NCBI GenBank assembly: GCA_038214755.1
Contig: JBBQRQ010000003.1
Coordinates: 55,059 to 119,058 of the forward strand
Reading direction: 5' to 3'
DNA: 64,000 nucleotides
Origin: Verrucomicrobiota bacterium
Lineage (GTDB): Bacteria; Verrucomicrobiota; Verrucomicrobiia; Limisphaerales; CANJXF01
Shown: one piece after another, positions 39,411 through 50,145 of the stretch
How positions within the stretch are numbered: position 1 is the first letter of the stretch
Layout: the number at the start of each line of letters is the position of its first letter
The notes under the pieces: model-generated
Told to the model about the DNA's origin: nothing
What the model saw: only the letters and a program-made list of their open reading frames with translations
The model's database searches: none
Program-made: the position numbers and the translations under genes

Positions 39411-42383
39411 TTAAGGCGCCTGGGTAATTTGAAAACCACGCAACCCCAACAAGGTTGACCAATAATTTCCTTGTTGAATGAAATTCGAACGAAACTGTGC
39501 GCTGTGCCACTTGTGACGACCGTACAAGCTAAAGATGCCTATTGGATCAACATCCGCCGGCCAAACCGTGGTTAAATCGACTTGTTGTTCAAGCGCGTTT
39601 TGTGCGGCCGACGCTCCCAATGAAAAAGTTCTGGCCTCAGAAGCGAAAGACATGACTTGATACATATCCTTCAGATTATATTCCCAATCCAAGTTTGTGA
39701 CGGAAAGAAAAAAGACGCCTTCACGATACCTGAAATAGCCGGACAATTGGCGAAAGGTCGGGGGAGTTATTCCCTGCCGGGCGCGCACAGGCAAGGTAAC
39801 GGAAGGTAATGTCGATGAACTTCCGCCGACAGAAGGCACAGAGGTCCCGCCATTGCCTATTCGAACATATGAATAATCACTCGTTGGGAGAATCTGCGGT
39901 TTTATCATCTGATTGAAACCCCAAAGAGGCGTGGCCGTTGCGAAGTCGTGAATATTGTAGAAATTTATCCTTGCGCCACAACTAACCCGGTTGGTTTCAA
40001 GCCAACCCGGATAAACATCAGCGGTGTGTGAGTCAAATTCGTTTGGCGCAAGAGGATCTTTCAAAAATAACCAGACCGAAGCAAGCGGAACGGTTTTGAG
40101 TAAATCCAACCACGGATGAACGTATTGGAAGGGGGTCTGATAAATGGAATCATTATTGGTTGCGTAACACGATAAAGCCACAGCAGCTTGACTGGCCACA
40201 TATCTATTCACGATCTGCCCGCCCTGATATTTCTCAGCATGGAGAGCCAATGCCTCTCCCGCGACAACCGCTCCTTGACTATGAGAAACAAGATAAACTT
40301 TTCCGGGGAACCGAGAATTCGCATTTGTCAGTAGATTGCGCAGACCTTCGCCGGATTTCCACGCGACAAATTCGCTGCGGTTGTAGTTGTCTATATCGGT
40401 GAAAGAGAACGAGGTTTCACCGAATCCATAATCAGTTGGCCAGCGTAAAGCGCCGAACCGGCCAGTATATCCTTGCCAATAAAGACGTTTAAAACCGGTA
40501 TCACTCCAAATATCTTTCGAATCAGGAGTGACGTTCCAGCCATGCACGAGAAGAATGTAGGGAGAATTAGCTGGAGAACTGGCGAAATAGGTTGCGCTCA
40601 CTCCTGTTGGTAATCCACCGGCGAACAAGGACGAGGTAATGGCCGGCTCGCCACCTTTGGTATCTCCAAGCGTCCAGCGTTCATAAAGTTCTTTGACATC
40701 ACGTAAGTCCAAAAAGACAGAGGTCTCCGATAGTAGAACGCCATTCTTGTAAACGCTGACCGCCAATTCTCCCGCGCCCCGACTCGTGCCACAATAAATA
40801 AAATAATCGTTGGTGCACCGATAATTATCATTATGCAAAATCGGACTCAAATTAGATTCGACCCGCCCCGCCGCCAAGGGACTAATTCCCGGCGAACCCG
40901 ATGGCGGATAAGTTGTGGGCGAAATCTGAGCATTCGCTAGAGTAGAATTTGTCAAATAGCCCCGTGCGCCATCTGAGTCCGTCGCGTTAAAAACAAAGAT
41001 GGCCGGATTACCCGACTGAATGGATTTCCAGCGCATCGTGACAGTATAGGCTTGTCCAGTAGGCAAGTCCCGACAAAGTTCTTTTAATCCTTTAATATGG
41101 AGGCGGTCGTAATCTTCCAAATCCCGTAGTGTGGGAACCCGGAAATTGTTAATCACAAATGCTGAATCGTTAGTTTGTACCAGTGACGCTTCTACGTCCA
41201 ACTCATCCCATAAGTTCAAATCGGTATTAATTGCCCGGTCACAATCATTGTTCACCCAGAACACATGCGGGTTGGCGGTAGTGGTCACGTCATTAGTCGT
41301 CAGGAGTCCGTCGCGATTCTTATCCACGAACATTTGCAAAGCGTAGAAGGGCACTTCGCCATAAAATCCATTTTCCTGCGGCTGGGTTTTGAGAATGACC
41401 TTGCCCGGTTCCGTCGGCGTAAAGTAATAACCTTGCGCGGCAAGTAGGCCGCTAGGCGTGGCGGCGTTAGTATTGATCTTACCTATCCCATTCCAATTCG
41501 TGGTGGAAAGACGCGGCGGTTGGCCACTGGCCGGATCGCATTTCCAGGCGCTCTCAAAATATTGTTCCATGAAAGTAGTAAGGCGCGGAACCGAATAGCC
41601 CGGCTGCAATACTAACCCTGGACGGTAAACGCCTTCTTCCACCCACACCACATTGGTAGTCCGATTCAATGGCGTTCCTACGATTAACGCCGGTTGCGTT
41701 TGGCGAATGGTGTTCTGCGGCGTCGGGGCTTTGGCGCTCTGCGGATAATTGTAGTAAGGACCGTACCAATAGTCCGATATTTTGAAAGAAGGGATTTCCA
41801 CATTTTGAGCGAGGTCAAAAGTTTGCGCGGTGTTAAAAGGTAGTCCAGTGTTGCCGCTGGATTGTCCCCGATTGACGATCCATCCCAGGGCATTGTTGCC
41901 GCTGCGACCATTGACCACAAAAACTGATTCGTAGCGCAACCCCGCCACGTTGTAGGAACCTGAGGAGAGAGTGAACGAATAATTAACAGAGCCTGAAGGC
42001 GGAATGGTTGGGGTGAACAACCCAAAGTCACCATTAAATGCCGCGGCAGTATTGTTAAGATAAACATCGTCGCTACCGACCCACACACCGGCCGAGCGAT
42101 ACCGATAATCGTAAAAGTAAGCGTATTGGCCGCTGGGATCCGGGCCGAGATAGACATAACCGTAATTGCCGACATAGTGATAAGTGAAGTCAGAATAAAC
42201 GGCGCCGTAATTTCCCGCCACCAAAGGTAGGGTGCTCAACCAGTCCGGCGCATTCAACGGACCAAGGATGCGCAATGAGGAAACGAGGTCGGCGCGTTTC
42301 TGGTTTACATCAAGGTACTGATATTGGGCTGAACCGGTGATCACACAAGCGAACAACCAGAGGGCACAGTAAGTAGTTTTCAT
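39411..42383 (-). CDS. Secreted alpha/beta-hydrolase-domain protein, copy 1
   Basis: Signal peptide MKTTYCALWLFACVITGSA, DKNRDG, FWVNND, VHGWN, SHSQG, RHKWHSAQF. Confidence 0.85.
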   Translation of the reverse strand: MKTTYCALWLFACVITGSAQYQYLDVNQKRADLVSSLRILGPLNAPDWLSTLPLVAGNYGAVYSDFTYHYVGNYGYVYLGPDPSGQYAYFYDYRYRSAGVWVGSDDVYLNNTAAAFNGDFGLFTPTIPPSGSVNYSFTLSSGSYNVAGLRYESVFVVNGRSGNNALGWIVNRGQSSGNTGLPFNTAQTFDLAQNVEIPSFKISDYWYGPYYNYPQSAKAPTPQNTIRQTQPALIVGTPLNRTTNVVWVEEGVYRPGLVLQPGYSVPRLTTFMEQYFESAWKCDPASGQPPRLSTTNWNGIGKINTNAATPSGLLAAQGYYFTPTEPGKVILKTQPQENGFYGEVPFYALQMFVDKNRDGLLTTNDVTTTANPHVFWVNNDCDRAINTDLNLWDELDVEASLVQTNDSAFVINNFRVPTLRDLEDYDRLHIKGLKELCRDLPTGQAYTVTMRWKSIQSGNPAIFVFNATDSDGARGYLTNSTLANAQISPTTYPPSGSPGISPLAAGRVESNLSPILHNDNYRCTNDYFIYCGTSRGAGELAVSVYKNGVLLSETSVFLDLRDVKELYERWTLGDTKGGEPAITSSLFAGGLPTGVSATYFASSPANSPYILLVHGWNVTPDSKDIWSDTGFKRLYWQGYTGRFGALRWPTDYGFGETSFSFTDIDNYNRSEFVAWKSGEGLRNLLTNANSRFPGKVYLVSHSQGAVVAGEALALHAEKYQGGQIVNRYVASQAAVALSCYATNNDSIYQTPFQYVHPWLDLLKTVPLASVWLFLKDPLAPNEFDSHTADVYPGWLETNRVSCGARINFYNIHDFATATPLWGFNQMIKPQILPTSDYSYVRIGNGGTSVPSVGGSSSTLPSVTLPVRARQGITPPTFRQLSGYFRYREGVFFLSVTNLDWEYNLKDMYQVMSFASEARTFSLGASAAQNALEQQVDLTTVWPADVDPIGIFSLYGRHKWHSAQFRSNFIQQGNYWSTLLGLRGFQITQAP

Positions 42384-42394
42384 GTTGGTGAGAA

Positions 42395-43337
42395 TCAAGG
42401 TTGATATTGCAGGCGGTAGAAGCCAGCAGGCGAACTATTCGTGTGTTGAAAGTTCTGGATCGCCCCGTTGCCGTTGGTGGTGAGTAAGTTCGTCCACGCT
42501 GAACCAATCGCTTGAGTATAGGAAGCGATGTGTTGTTTATTACTCACACTTTGCCAGCTTAATCGTCGCACATCGTTCGACAGAGTTTGCAGTTGCAGGT
42601 TCATGTCCAGGGCGATGATCCGATAGACAACAGTTAGGAGATCGTCATAGGTGACAGTCGAGACCGTGGCCGTTGGACGAACCGGCGCTTCCGTCAGATA
42701 GCCCCCGAGGTTAAGGATTTTGATGCTGGTATTGGTCGCCGAAGGATTGAGTTTGTCGAGATTTTCAAGTCCCGAAATCACCCGCCCAAAGACGACGTAA
42801 GCATCATTGGTAGTCGGGGCATCAAGATAAGCGTTGTCGGCCCGATTGATGAACCAGTGACAAGTCGCGTTATTGGTTTGGCCGGGATAATGGGCCAGGG
42901 CAATGGTTCCGCGCCTATTGCTGAAGAAAGAACCGATCATCAGTTCATTCGTGACGGCAGCTTTTTCCGCAACTGGAACGACCGCTTTGCTTCCGCCGCC
43001 GAAATCGATGATGCGCAAACTGCCTCCTTGAAAGACGAAATTCGTAGCAGCGCGGTGAAGGAGGTTATTTGGTGTAATCGTTGCTGAAGATGTATTGGAG
43101 AAAGTTTTTTACCGAGGCTGGTTTATCCCGATCAAACAATTCCAGACGAAGTGTGCCGATGTAGCGCACATCGAGATCAATTATGCTTCGACCGGGAGAG
43201 TTGGTAATTGGACTTTCCGAATAGTTGGTGCAGGTGTCGCATGACGGCGGGGGTGGTGGTGGATCAGATTGGGCATGAAGGGTGAAAGTAAAGCGTGCCG
43301 TTATTGCGAGCGTGAGGAGAAGTAGTTTGGTTTTCAT
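42395..43337 (-). pseudogene. Secreted cyclophilin-type PPIase with a single frameshift and C-terminal 'GFYR' domain
   Basis: LELFDRDKPASVKNFLQY, then after removing one A near 43068, NNLLHRAATNFVFQGG, NRRGTIALA, WFIN, YVVFGRV. Confidence 0.85.
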
Positions 43338-43682
43338 TTTATGGGGGTTCCTTTTGCGCTCCTCCTCCACAAAATGAAAGGGGCGTGACTTACTTACGCC
43401 CCAGAACAGGTACAGACATACCTCCAAAGAAGCGCTTTCAGGCACGCCTTTTTGGGGCGTGCGCTCAGCGCCGTATGAGGTCATGGGAAAATTGTTAGTT
43501 TCGAGATGGACCTGCGGCTGAAGCTCAGCAAAATATTTTGGTTTTGGTTTGTTACATTGTTTTTCGGAACGGGTTGGTTTGTATGCGTCAAGCGGAGCGG
43601 TAGCAAGGAATTATTGGGATTATTCATGTTTCGCGATAGTCGGTCCCGGAACTGAAGCATTTTCTAAGGCCAACCAGGCGAC

Positions 43683-44765
43683 CTACAAAAGTCCCGCCGT
43701 TTCGTGGAAACCGCAAAGAAGATTCATGCTTTGCACGGCTTGGCCGCTCGCGCCTTTGACAATGTTGTCCAGCGCGCTCAGCACGATCAATCTTCCGGTG
43801 CGCGGGTCGAGTCTCCACGCGATTTCGATGATGTTTGTGCCCGCGACGTTTTTGGTGTCGGGCAAATTTTTTCCTTCAAGTAAGCGAACGAACGGTTCGC
43901 TGCCATAAGCGGCTTGGTAACAACGAGAAATTTTCTGGGCGAGCGCGGCCATTTCCGCGGCGTCACTAAAATGTTTTTCGGGAGCAAGATAGAGCGTGCT
44001 CAAAATTCCGCGATTCATGGGAACAAGATGGGGCGAGAACTGAATGGTTACTGCTTCTCCCGCCGTCGCGGATAACTCCTGTTCGATTTCCGAGAGATGC
44101 CGATGTTTGGGAATTCCGTAAGGCCGCATACTTTCGTTGCATTCGACAAAAAGATAATCGAGTTCCGCCTTGCGCCCGGCCCCGCTGACGCCGCTCAAAG
44201 AATCAGCAATGATTCCGGTGGATTTGATAATTTTTTCACGCAGCAGCGGAATGATCGGAAGCAAGATGCTGGTCGGGTAACAACCGGGCGATGCGACCAT
44301 GGTCGCTGATTTTATTTTGTCGCGATAAACCTCCGGCAGACCGTAAACCGCTTTGCCTAACAACTCGGGCGACGCGTGCTCGTGTCCGTAAAATTCCTGG
44401 TAAACCTCCGCGCTGTTCAATCGAAAATCCGCGCTGAGATCGATGATCTGACAACCTTTTTCCAAGAGCGGCACGGCGTATTCAGCGGCCACCCCATGCG
44501 GCAGCGCGAGAAAAATGACCTGAGCTTGTTTGGAAAGAAGTTCCAGATTGGGAACGGTAAAGCGCAGAGCTTTCGCGCAGGGATGGTTGGCGTAGCGGGG
44601 AAAAACTTGCGCCAGATTTTGCCCGGCATGTTGTCGCGAAGTAACCGCAGCCAACTCCACGTGCGGATGATGCAAAAGCAATTTGACCAGTTCCTCGCCG
44701 GAGTAACCGGACGCGCCGATAATGGCGGCTTTGATGGGCTCTGCCTTTGCTGAACTGTTTTTCAT
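43683..44765 (-). CDS. argC: N-acetyl-gamma-glutamyl-phosphate reductase
   Basis: GASGYSG, LALPHG, DLSADFR, PGCYPT, SGVSGAG, HRHLSEI, DNIVKGASGQA. Confidence 0.97.
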   Translation of the reverse strand: MKNSSAKAEPIKAAIIGASGYSGEELVKLLLHHPHVELAAVTSRQHAGQNLAQVFPRYANHPCAKALRFTVPNLELLSKQAQVIFLALPHGVAAEYAVPLLEKGCQIIDLSADFRLNSAEVYQEFYGHEHASPELLGKAVYGLPEVYRDKIKSATMVASPGCYPTSILLPIIPLLREKIIKSTGIIADSLSGVSGAGRKAELDYLFVECNESMRPYGIPKHRHLSEIEQELSATAGEAVTIQFSPHLVPMNRGILSTLYLAPEKHFSDAAEMAALAQKISRCYQAAYGSEPFVRLLEGKNLPDTKNVAGTNIIEIAWRLDPRTGRLIVLSALDNIVKGASGQAVQSMNLLCGFHETAGLL

Positions 44766-44786
44766 ACGGGCGGAAGTCGGAGATCT

Positions 44787-45017
44787 CTATGGCTGCCGCT
44801 CAGGAACCGGCGCTTTTACCGTGAGGTCTGACACGAGAAATAAATCAATCAGGCTCTCGGTGTCGTCAGGATGAGTAATCACTACCACTCGATCACCTTC
44901 CTCGAAACTAACAAAGTCGGGATGTTCTACCAGAACGTTCCTTCCATCGGGCAGATGAAGCACAAAAGGCCGGAAGGGTTGGTGACCGCAAACAGACCGG
45001 ATTTTTTCCAGTGTCAT
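44787..45017 (-). CDS. Small hypothetical protein (PFxPF...HPD family)
   Basis: QPFRPFVLHLPDGRNVLVEHPDF. Confidence 0.8.
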   Translation of the reverse strand: MTLEKIRSVCGHQPFRPFVLHLPDGRNVLVEHPDFVSFEEGDRVVVITHPDDTESLIDLFLVSDLTVKAPVPERQP

Positions 45018-45033
45018 AACTTTCCGTCGTGGC

Positions 45034-45267
45034 CTATCGCTTTCCCCCGCGGACTGACTTCCTCTGCAGTGTGATGTCAGAAATGTTTTTCAAGTCGATA
45101 TGATGATATGCGCCGGCGGGACCAAGTACCACTACATAGGTTCCTCTTTGTGATAATGCCAGGTTGAAGGCTTCTCTCACTTTCACCTTCTCCCCATCGC
45201 GCAGGCGGATCAAAAAAGGCTGGAAAGGTTTCGCATGACGAAGCTCACGAAATTTCTCGATTGTCAT
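45034..45267 (-). CDS. Small hypothetical protein (PFxPF family)
   Basis: MTIEKFREL...KPFQPFLIRLRDG. Confidence 0.75.
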   Translation of the reverse strand: MTIEKFRELRHAKPFQPFLIRLRDGEKVKVREAFNLALSQRGTYVVVLGPAGAYHHIDLKNISDITLQRKSVRGGKR

Positions 45268-45315
45268 GGCGATTACTTTGGGCGGATTTGCTTTGCGACG
45301 CAAGTGTTCAGGCGC

Positions 45316-45348
45316 AAAAAAACTCCGCCGGAAAAATCCAGCGGAGTT
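45316..45348 (-). terminator. Intrinsic terminator after rpsI
   Basis: aactccgc...gcggagtt stem with a T-run on the minus strand. Confidence 0.75.
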
Positions 45349-45365
45349 CGCGAACAAAATATTTT

Positions 45366-45779
45366 TTACCGCTTGCTGAATTGGAAACGTTTTCGCGCGC
45401 CGGGTTGGCCGTATTTTTTACGTTCCTTCATGCGCGGGTCGCGCGTGAGCAACCCTTCAGATTTCAAACTCGGACGATAGTTCGCGTCGGCTTTAATGAG
45501 CGCGCGAGAAATTCCGTGACGCACCGCGCCCGCCTGGCCGGAAGGTCCGCCGCCCTGCACGCTCACGCGAACGTCGAACTTGCCCGCCGTCTCCGTGGTG
45601 GAGAACGGTTCGGCGACAACGCTGCGAAGTGTTTCCGTAGGGAAATAGTTTTCAAGGGCGCGACCGTTGACGATGATTTTGCCAGAGCCGGAGGCGAGCC
45701 GCACGCGCGCCACCGAAGTTTTGCGACGACCCGTGCCGAGAAATTCCTGAGTTTTGGATTTGGATTTGGATTCTGCCAT
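45366..45779 (-). CDS. rpsI: 30S ribosomal protein S9
   Basis: [27 protein letters not shown]...[10 protein letters not shown]. Confidence 0.99.
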   Translation of the reverse strand: MAESKSKSKTQEFLGTGRRKTSVARVRLASGSGKIIVNGRALENYFPTETLRSVVAEPFSTTETAGKFDVRVSVQGGGPSGQAGAVRHGISRALIKADANYRPSLKSEGLLTRDPRMKERKKYGQPGARKRFQFSKR

Positions 45780-45803
45780 AAGATAAAAGTTGAACGCCCG
45801 AAA

Positions 45804-46238
45804 TTATTTAGAGGCAACCAATGTGGCGGGTTGCTGCGCGGAGTGAGGATGCGCGCTGCCTTTGTAAACTTTCAATTTTGTCATCAGCACACGGCCTAAA
45901 CGATTTTTCGGCACCATGCCGCGAACGGCGTGGGTGATCAATTTGTCGGGATGCCGGGCGCGGACCTGTTCGACGGTCCGATACTTTTCGCCGCCTTTCC
46001 AACCGGAATACGTCATGAAAGATTTTTGCGTCTCCTTTTTTCCAGTGAGCTTGACTTTTTCGGCGTTGATCACGACGACAAAATCTCCGGCGTCCAGATG
46101 CGGGGTGTAAACCGGTTTATTTTTTCCGCGCAAAATATTCGCCACTTGCGCGGCGAGGCGGCCGAGGATCGCGCCCTCGGCGTCGATCACGTGCCATTTG
46201 CGCTCGTCCACATTCACTTTCGGTAAAAACGTTTTCAT
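45804..46238 (-). CDS. rplM: 50S ribosomal protein L13
   Basis: WHVIDA...LGRLA...LRGKNKPVYTPHLDAGD. Confidence 0.99.
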   Translation of the reverse strand: MKTFLPKVNVDERKWHVIDAEGAILGRLAAQVANILRGKNKPVYTPHLDAGDFVVVINAEKVKLTGKKETQKSFMTYSGWKGGEKYRTVEQVRARHPDKLITHAVRGMVPKNRLGRVLMTKLKVYKGSAHPHSAQQPATLVASK

Positions 46239-46478
46239 TGAAATCTGATCCATCCCATTTAAGGAGCCGAGAAATTAGCAAAGAAATTTTCCAAGTCAAT
46301 CACCTGTTTCGCCGGGAATTATTCCAATGAAGTTCGGAAAAGAATTCCCATGAAATTTTTCGCGGCTTCGAACCGTAGCCGCGGAGGGCGGCTGCCAGAC
46401 CTCTTTGGATTTCTGAAATTTACTTGACCGGCAGTTGAAGATTTGAAGAATGACTCTTGTTCAACCCCCGTTCGATTT

Positions 46479-49400
46479 ATGAAAAAACTTGCGCGCATTT
46501 TTTTTGTTTTGCTTTTCGTCAATAGCGTTTTTGCCATTCCCAATTTCGATCCGTTTGCGGATTCCACGGGGACTCCCCCTGGCACGAGCTACGCGGTGGG
46601 CAACGGCCTCGCGGGGCAAACCAACAGCTTTGGAGATGGCTGGGGATTGGTCGGCAGCAACAACAGCAGCGGAGCGCAGCCCGTTATAACATCAACGACG
46701 CTGAGTTATTCCGGCTTGCCCGCGTCCACTGGCAACAGCGTGCAGGTTGTTCCGAGCGTCGGAATGACGGCGCGAGTGCCCGTGGTGAACTCCACCCCAG
46801 CGGTGGTTTATTATTCATTCATCTTAAAAATCACGGACGTCTCTGCCGTTGGCACAACTGCCCAAAATAATTTTATTGCGGCTTTCAGTGACACGCAGGG
46901 CGGCCAGGCTGGCACGCTCTCGAGGGCGGGAGCCCGGCTCGTCACAAAAAAATCCGGCACCACGAATTTTTTTCTGGGGATCAGCAAGTCAGGAAACACG
47001 GCGGACAACGTTTATGATTCCACCTTGAGAAATGTTAATGACGTGTTGTTCGTGGTCGCCTCTTCCGAGATTACCAGCCCCGGCGTCACCAATAATAATT
47101 TATGGATCAATCCTGCCTCATCCTCCTTTGGCGCGAGCGGGGCTCCCTCCTTCACCAACGTCACTGCCAGCGCCAGCACCACCGCGACCAGCGCCTTGAA
47201 TGGAAACGGGCCGCGCGCTTTTGTCATCTCTTGTCAGAACAGCACCGCGCCGACGGCCGTCATTGACGAACTGCGCATCGGAAGAAGCTGGGCGTTCGTC
47301 ACGGGCGGACCGGAAATTGGAACACAACCGGCCACTCAAACCAGAAATGCTGGAACGAACGCCACTTTTTCAGTCGTGGCGCGCGGAACCTTGCCGCTCA
47401 GTTATCAATGGCAAAAAAATGGAACCAACCTGGTGGACGGTGGAAATATTTCCGGAGCAAACACAACCACGCTGACGATCAGCAATTTGCTGGCAGCCGA
47501 TGCTGGAAGTTTTGTGGTGATTGTGACAAATTCCTACGCGTCGATCACAAGTTCTGTCGCGATCCTGACGGTGACAGATCCGTCAATTCTTGTTCAACCG
47601 GCAAATCAGACATTGCCACCCGGAACAAACGCCGTCTTCTCGGTCGTCGCCGGTGGAACCGCGCCGCTGACTTATCAATGGCAGGAAGCGACAAAAGGAA
47701 TTTTGAGCAATGGCGGGAATATTTCCGGCGCGAACAGCGCCACGCTGATCATCAGTAATATTTCCACGAACGATGTCGGAACTTATTTCGTCACGGTGAC
47801 CAATGCTCCTGGCGCCACGATTCAAAGCTCGAACGCTACGTTGAACATCACGGATCCCGCGATCACGTCACAACCTCAGAACCGGACAAATAATTTTGGA
47901 ACGACTGCCACATTTCAGGTTTCGGTTTTAGGAACCGCGCCAATTTTTTATCAGTGGCATAAGGTTGGAGTTGGCGATTTATCCGATGGTGGAAATATTT
48001 CCGGCAGTCAAAGCAATCTGCTGACCATTACGGGCGTTTCCTACCTCGATGCGGCAAATTATTATGTCACGGTGAGCAACTCACTCAGCAGCGTTGACAG
48101 CGCGTTCGCCTTGTTGACGGTGAGAGACCCGATCATCACGACGCAGCCCGCCTCCGTCACAACGGCCGCCGGCTCCACCACCAATCTCACCGTCGTGGCG
48201 GCCGGTTCGCCGCCGCTTAATTATCAATGGCAACGAAGTTCCACCAACATTTCCGACGGAGGCAACTGGTCCGGGACGACGACCGACACGCTGACCATCG
48301 CCAATCTTGCTGCAACGGACGCGGGCACTTACCGAGTCATCGTGACGGGCGGTTCAGCAAGTGCGGTCACCAGCAGCAATGCGACTGTCACTGTGCTCAA
48401 TCCCGTTGCCATCACCAATCAGCCAGTTTCGCAGACCATTGTTTCCGGCAGCAACGTGACGTTTTCTGTTTCGGCCACCGGCACGGCGCCGCTCTCTTAC
48501 CGATGGTTTCACGATGATGTTTTAATTTCCGGAGCGAATCTCAACAGCTACACTATTTTCGGCGCGCAAACAAATGACGCTGGCAATTACACCGTTGTCG
48601 TCACCAATTCCATCAACTCAGTCACGAGCGCGCCCGCGAATTTGATTGTGCAACGATTGCCGGCGACAATTTATTCTCAACCCAGTCCGCGCACGATTGC
48701 CCCTGGAACTCGCGCGGTGTTTGTCGTTGGAGCGTCCGGCTCGCTTCCCTTCAGTTACCAATGGCGAAGCAATGGCGTGGACATCGCCGGAGCCAATTCC
48801 GATTCTTACGCTCTAACCAACGTGCAATCGTCCTACGCCGCCAATTACTCAGTTGTGGTTACTAATCCACTCGGTGCGGTCACCAGCGCTCCGGTGGCCT
48901 TGACGGTCACAACCAATCTTTTGCTCTACGAAAATAATCTGATCGTGCTTCGCGTCGGCGATGGCCAGCAGCCACTCACCACGAGCGGAAATTCTGTTTA
49001 CGTCGATCAATTCACTCCGTCCGGTAGTTACATCAACACCATTACCATTCCAGAAACCGGCGCGACGGGCATCATTGAATCCGGGCCGGATTTGACGGGC
49101 ACCAGTTTGACCGGCATGGCTTTGACCCGCTCACCTGATAAAAAATCCCTGGCGTTCGGTGGTTATCGAGTGGAACTAAGCAACGGCACTGCTTTGCAAA
49201 GCACCACATCTGCGGCAGTCCCTCGCGCGGTCGCACTGATGAATGCCAACGGGCAGTACACCTTGCCCATCTCGGACACGACGGCTTACAACTCCGCCCA
49301 TTTTCGCGGAGTGGCTTATGATGGAACAAATAATTTCTGGGGCGCAGGCAGTTCGGGCGGGACTTACTATTTTGGACTCGACGCTCCCGCAGCCACCAAC

Positions 49401-50051
49401 CAGACGACCTATCCCAATCTGCGTTCGGTGGATATTTTCAATGGCAATCTCTATTGCCTCTCCTCAACATCGGGCAACGCCGCCCTCGTAAAATTCAATG
49501 GATTGCCCACGGCCCCAACCGCCGGGAGTAACATCCTTTCGGGTTTCACGGCATCGAACACGACTGATTTTTCTCTCAACCCGACGGACGACCTGATTTA
49601 TCTCAGCGTCAGCAGCACCATCCAGAAATGGCAATACGACACGAACAACCTGACTTGGACCAACGCCTACGCGCTCTCATTCGGCGCCCTGGCGCGTTAC
49701 CTGACCGTGGATTACAGCGGGCCAAACCCAGTGATTTATCTGGATAACGCCAGCGGCCAACTCCTGTCCATCGTGGATACCGGCACCAATTCGGTTCCAA
49801 CAATCCTGGCGACCGCCGGCGTCAACCAATTATTCAAAGGGATTCGATTTGCGCCGGTGGGAAATTCACTCTCACAACCGACGCTGTCTGCGGCGCGTTC
49901 CGGGAATAATATCATTCTCACCTGGAGCGGCGGTTTCATTTTGCAATCTGCCAGCGAAGTCTCCGGGCCTTACTCGGATGTGGTTGGCGCAACCAGTCCT
50001 TACACCGTCAGCATGTCCGCAGCGCGCGGGTTTTTCCGGCTGCGAAATTAA
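46479..50051 (+). CDS. Secreted immunoglobulin-repeat protein
   Basis: Signal peptide, six Ig-like repeats (QP...PLSYQW...Y.V.VTN), C-terminal ILTWSGG...GFFRLRN. Confidence 0.9.
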   Translation: MKKLARIFFVLLFVNSVFAIPNFDPFADSTGTPPGTSYAVGNGLAGQTNSFGDGWGLVGSNNSSGAQPVITSTTLSYSGLPASTGNSVQVVPSVGMTARVPVVNSTPAVVYYSFILKITDVSAVGTTAQNNFIAAFSDTQGGQAGTLSRAGARLVTKKSGTTNFFLGISKSGNTADNVYDSTLRNVNDVLFVVASSEITSPGVTNNNLWINPASSSFGASGAPSFTNVTASASTTATSALNGNGPRAFVISCQNSTAPTAVIDELRIGRSWAFVTGGPEIGTQPATQTRNAGTNATFSVVARGTLPLSYQWQKNGTNLVDGGNISGANTTTLTISNLLAADAGSFVVIVTNSYASITSSVAILTVTDPSILVQPANQTLPPGTNAVFSVVAGGTAPLTYQWQEATKGILSNGGNISGANSATLIISNISTNDVGTYFVTVTNAPGATIQSSNATLNITDPAITSQPQNRTNNFGTTATFQVSVLGTAPIFYQWHKVGVGDLSDGGNISGSQSNLLTITGVSYLDAANYYVTVSNSLSSVDSAFALLTVRDPIITTQPASVTTAAGSTTNLTVVAAGSPPLNYQWQRSSTNISDGGNWSGTTTDTLTIANLAATDAGTYRVIVTGGSASAVTSSNATVTVLNPVAITNQPVSQTIVSGSNVTFSVSATGTAPLSYRWFHDDVLISGANLNSYTIFGAQTNDAGNYTVVVTNSINSVTSAPANLIVQRLPATIYSQPSPRTIAPGTRAVFVVGASGSLPFSYQWRSNGVDIAGANSDSYALTNVQSSYAANYSVVVTNPLGAVTSAPVALTVTTNLLLYENNLIVLRVGDGQQPLTTSGNSVYVDQFTPSGSYINTITIPETGATGIIESGPDLTGTSLTGMALTRSPDKKSLAFGGYRVELSNGTALQSTTSAAVPRAVALMNANGQYTLPISDTTAYNSAHFRGVAYDGTNNFWGAGSSGGTYYFGLDAPAATNQTTYPNLRSVDIFNGNLYCLSSTSGNAALVKFNGLPTAPTAGSNILSGFTASNTTDFSLNPTDDLIYLSVSSTIQKWQYDTNNLTWTNAYALSFGALARYLTVDYSGPNPVIYLDNASGQLLSIVDTGTNSVPTILATAGVNQLFKGIRFAPVGNSLSQPTLSAARSGNNIILTWSGGFILQSASEVSGPYSDVVGATSPYTVSMSAARGFFRLRN

Positions 50052-50145
50052 TCACCCTAAAGTAACATTCCACCCGGGGGCTTGAAGCCGTCCTCTAAGT
50101 CAGGCAAGATGGCTGACGCTACATTTGGCACAAAACTGAGCTCAC

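Noticed and set aside
33425..42383. Diversity-generating retroelement or T6SS locus
   Set aside because: No reverse transcriptase, no adenine-specific TR/VR pair noticed, and no VgrG/PAAR/Hcp genes in the window.
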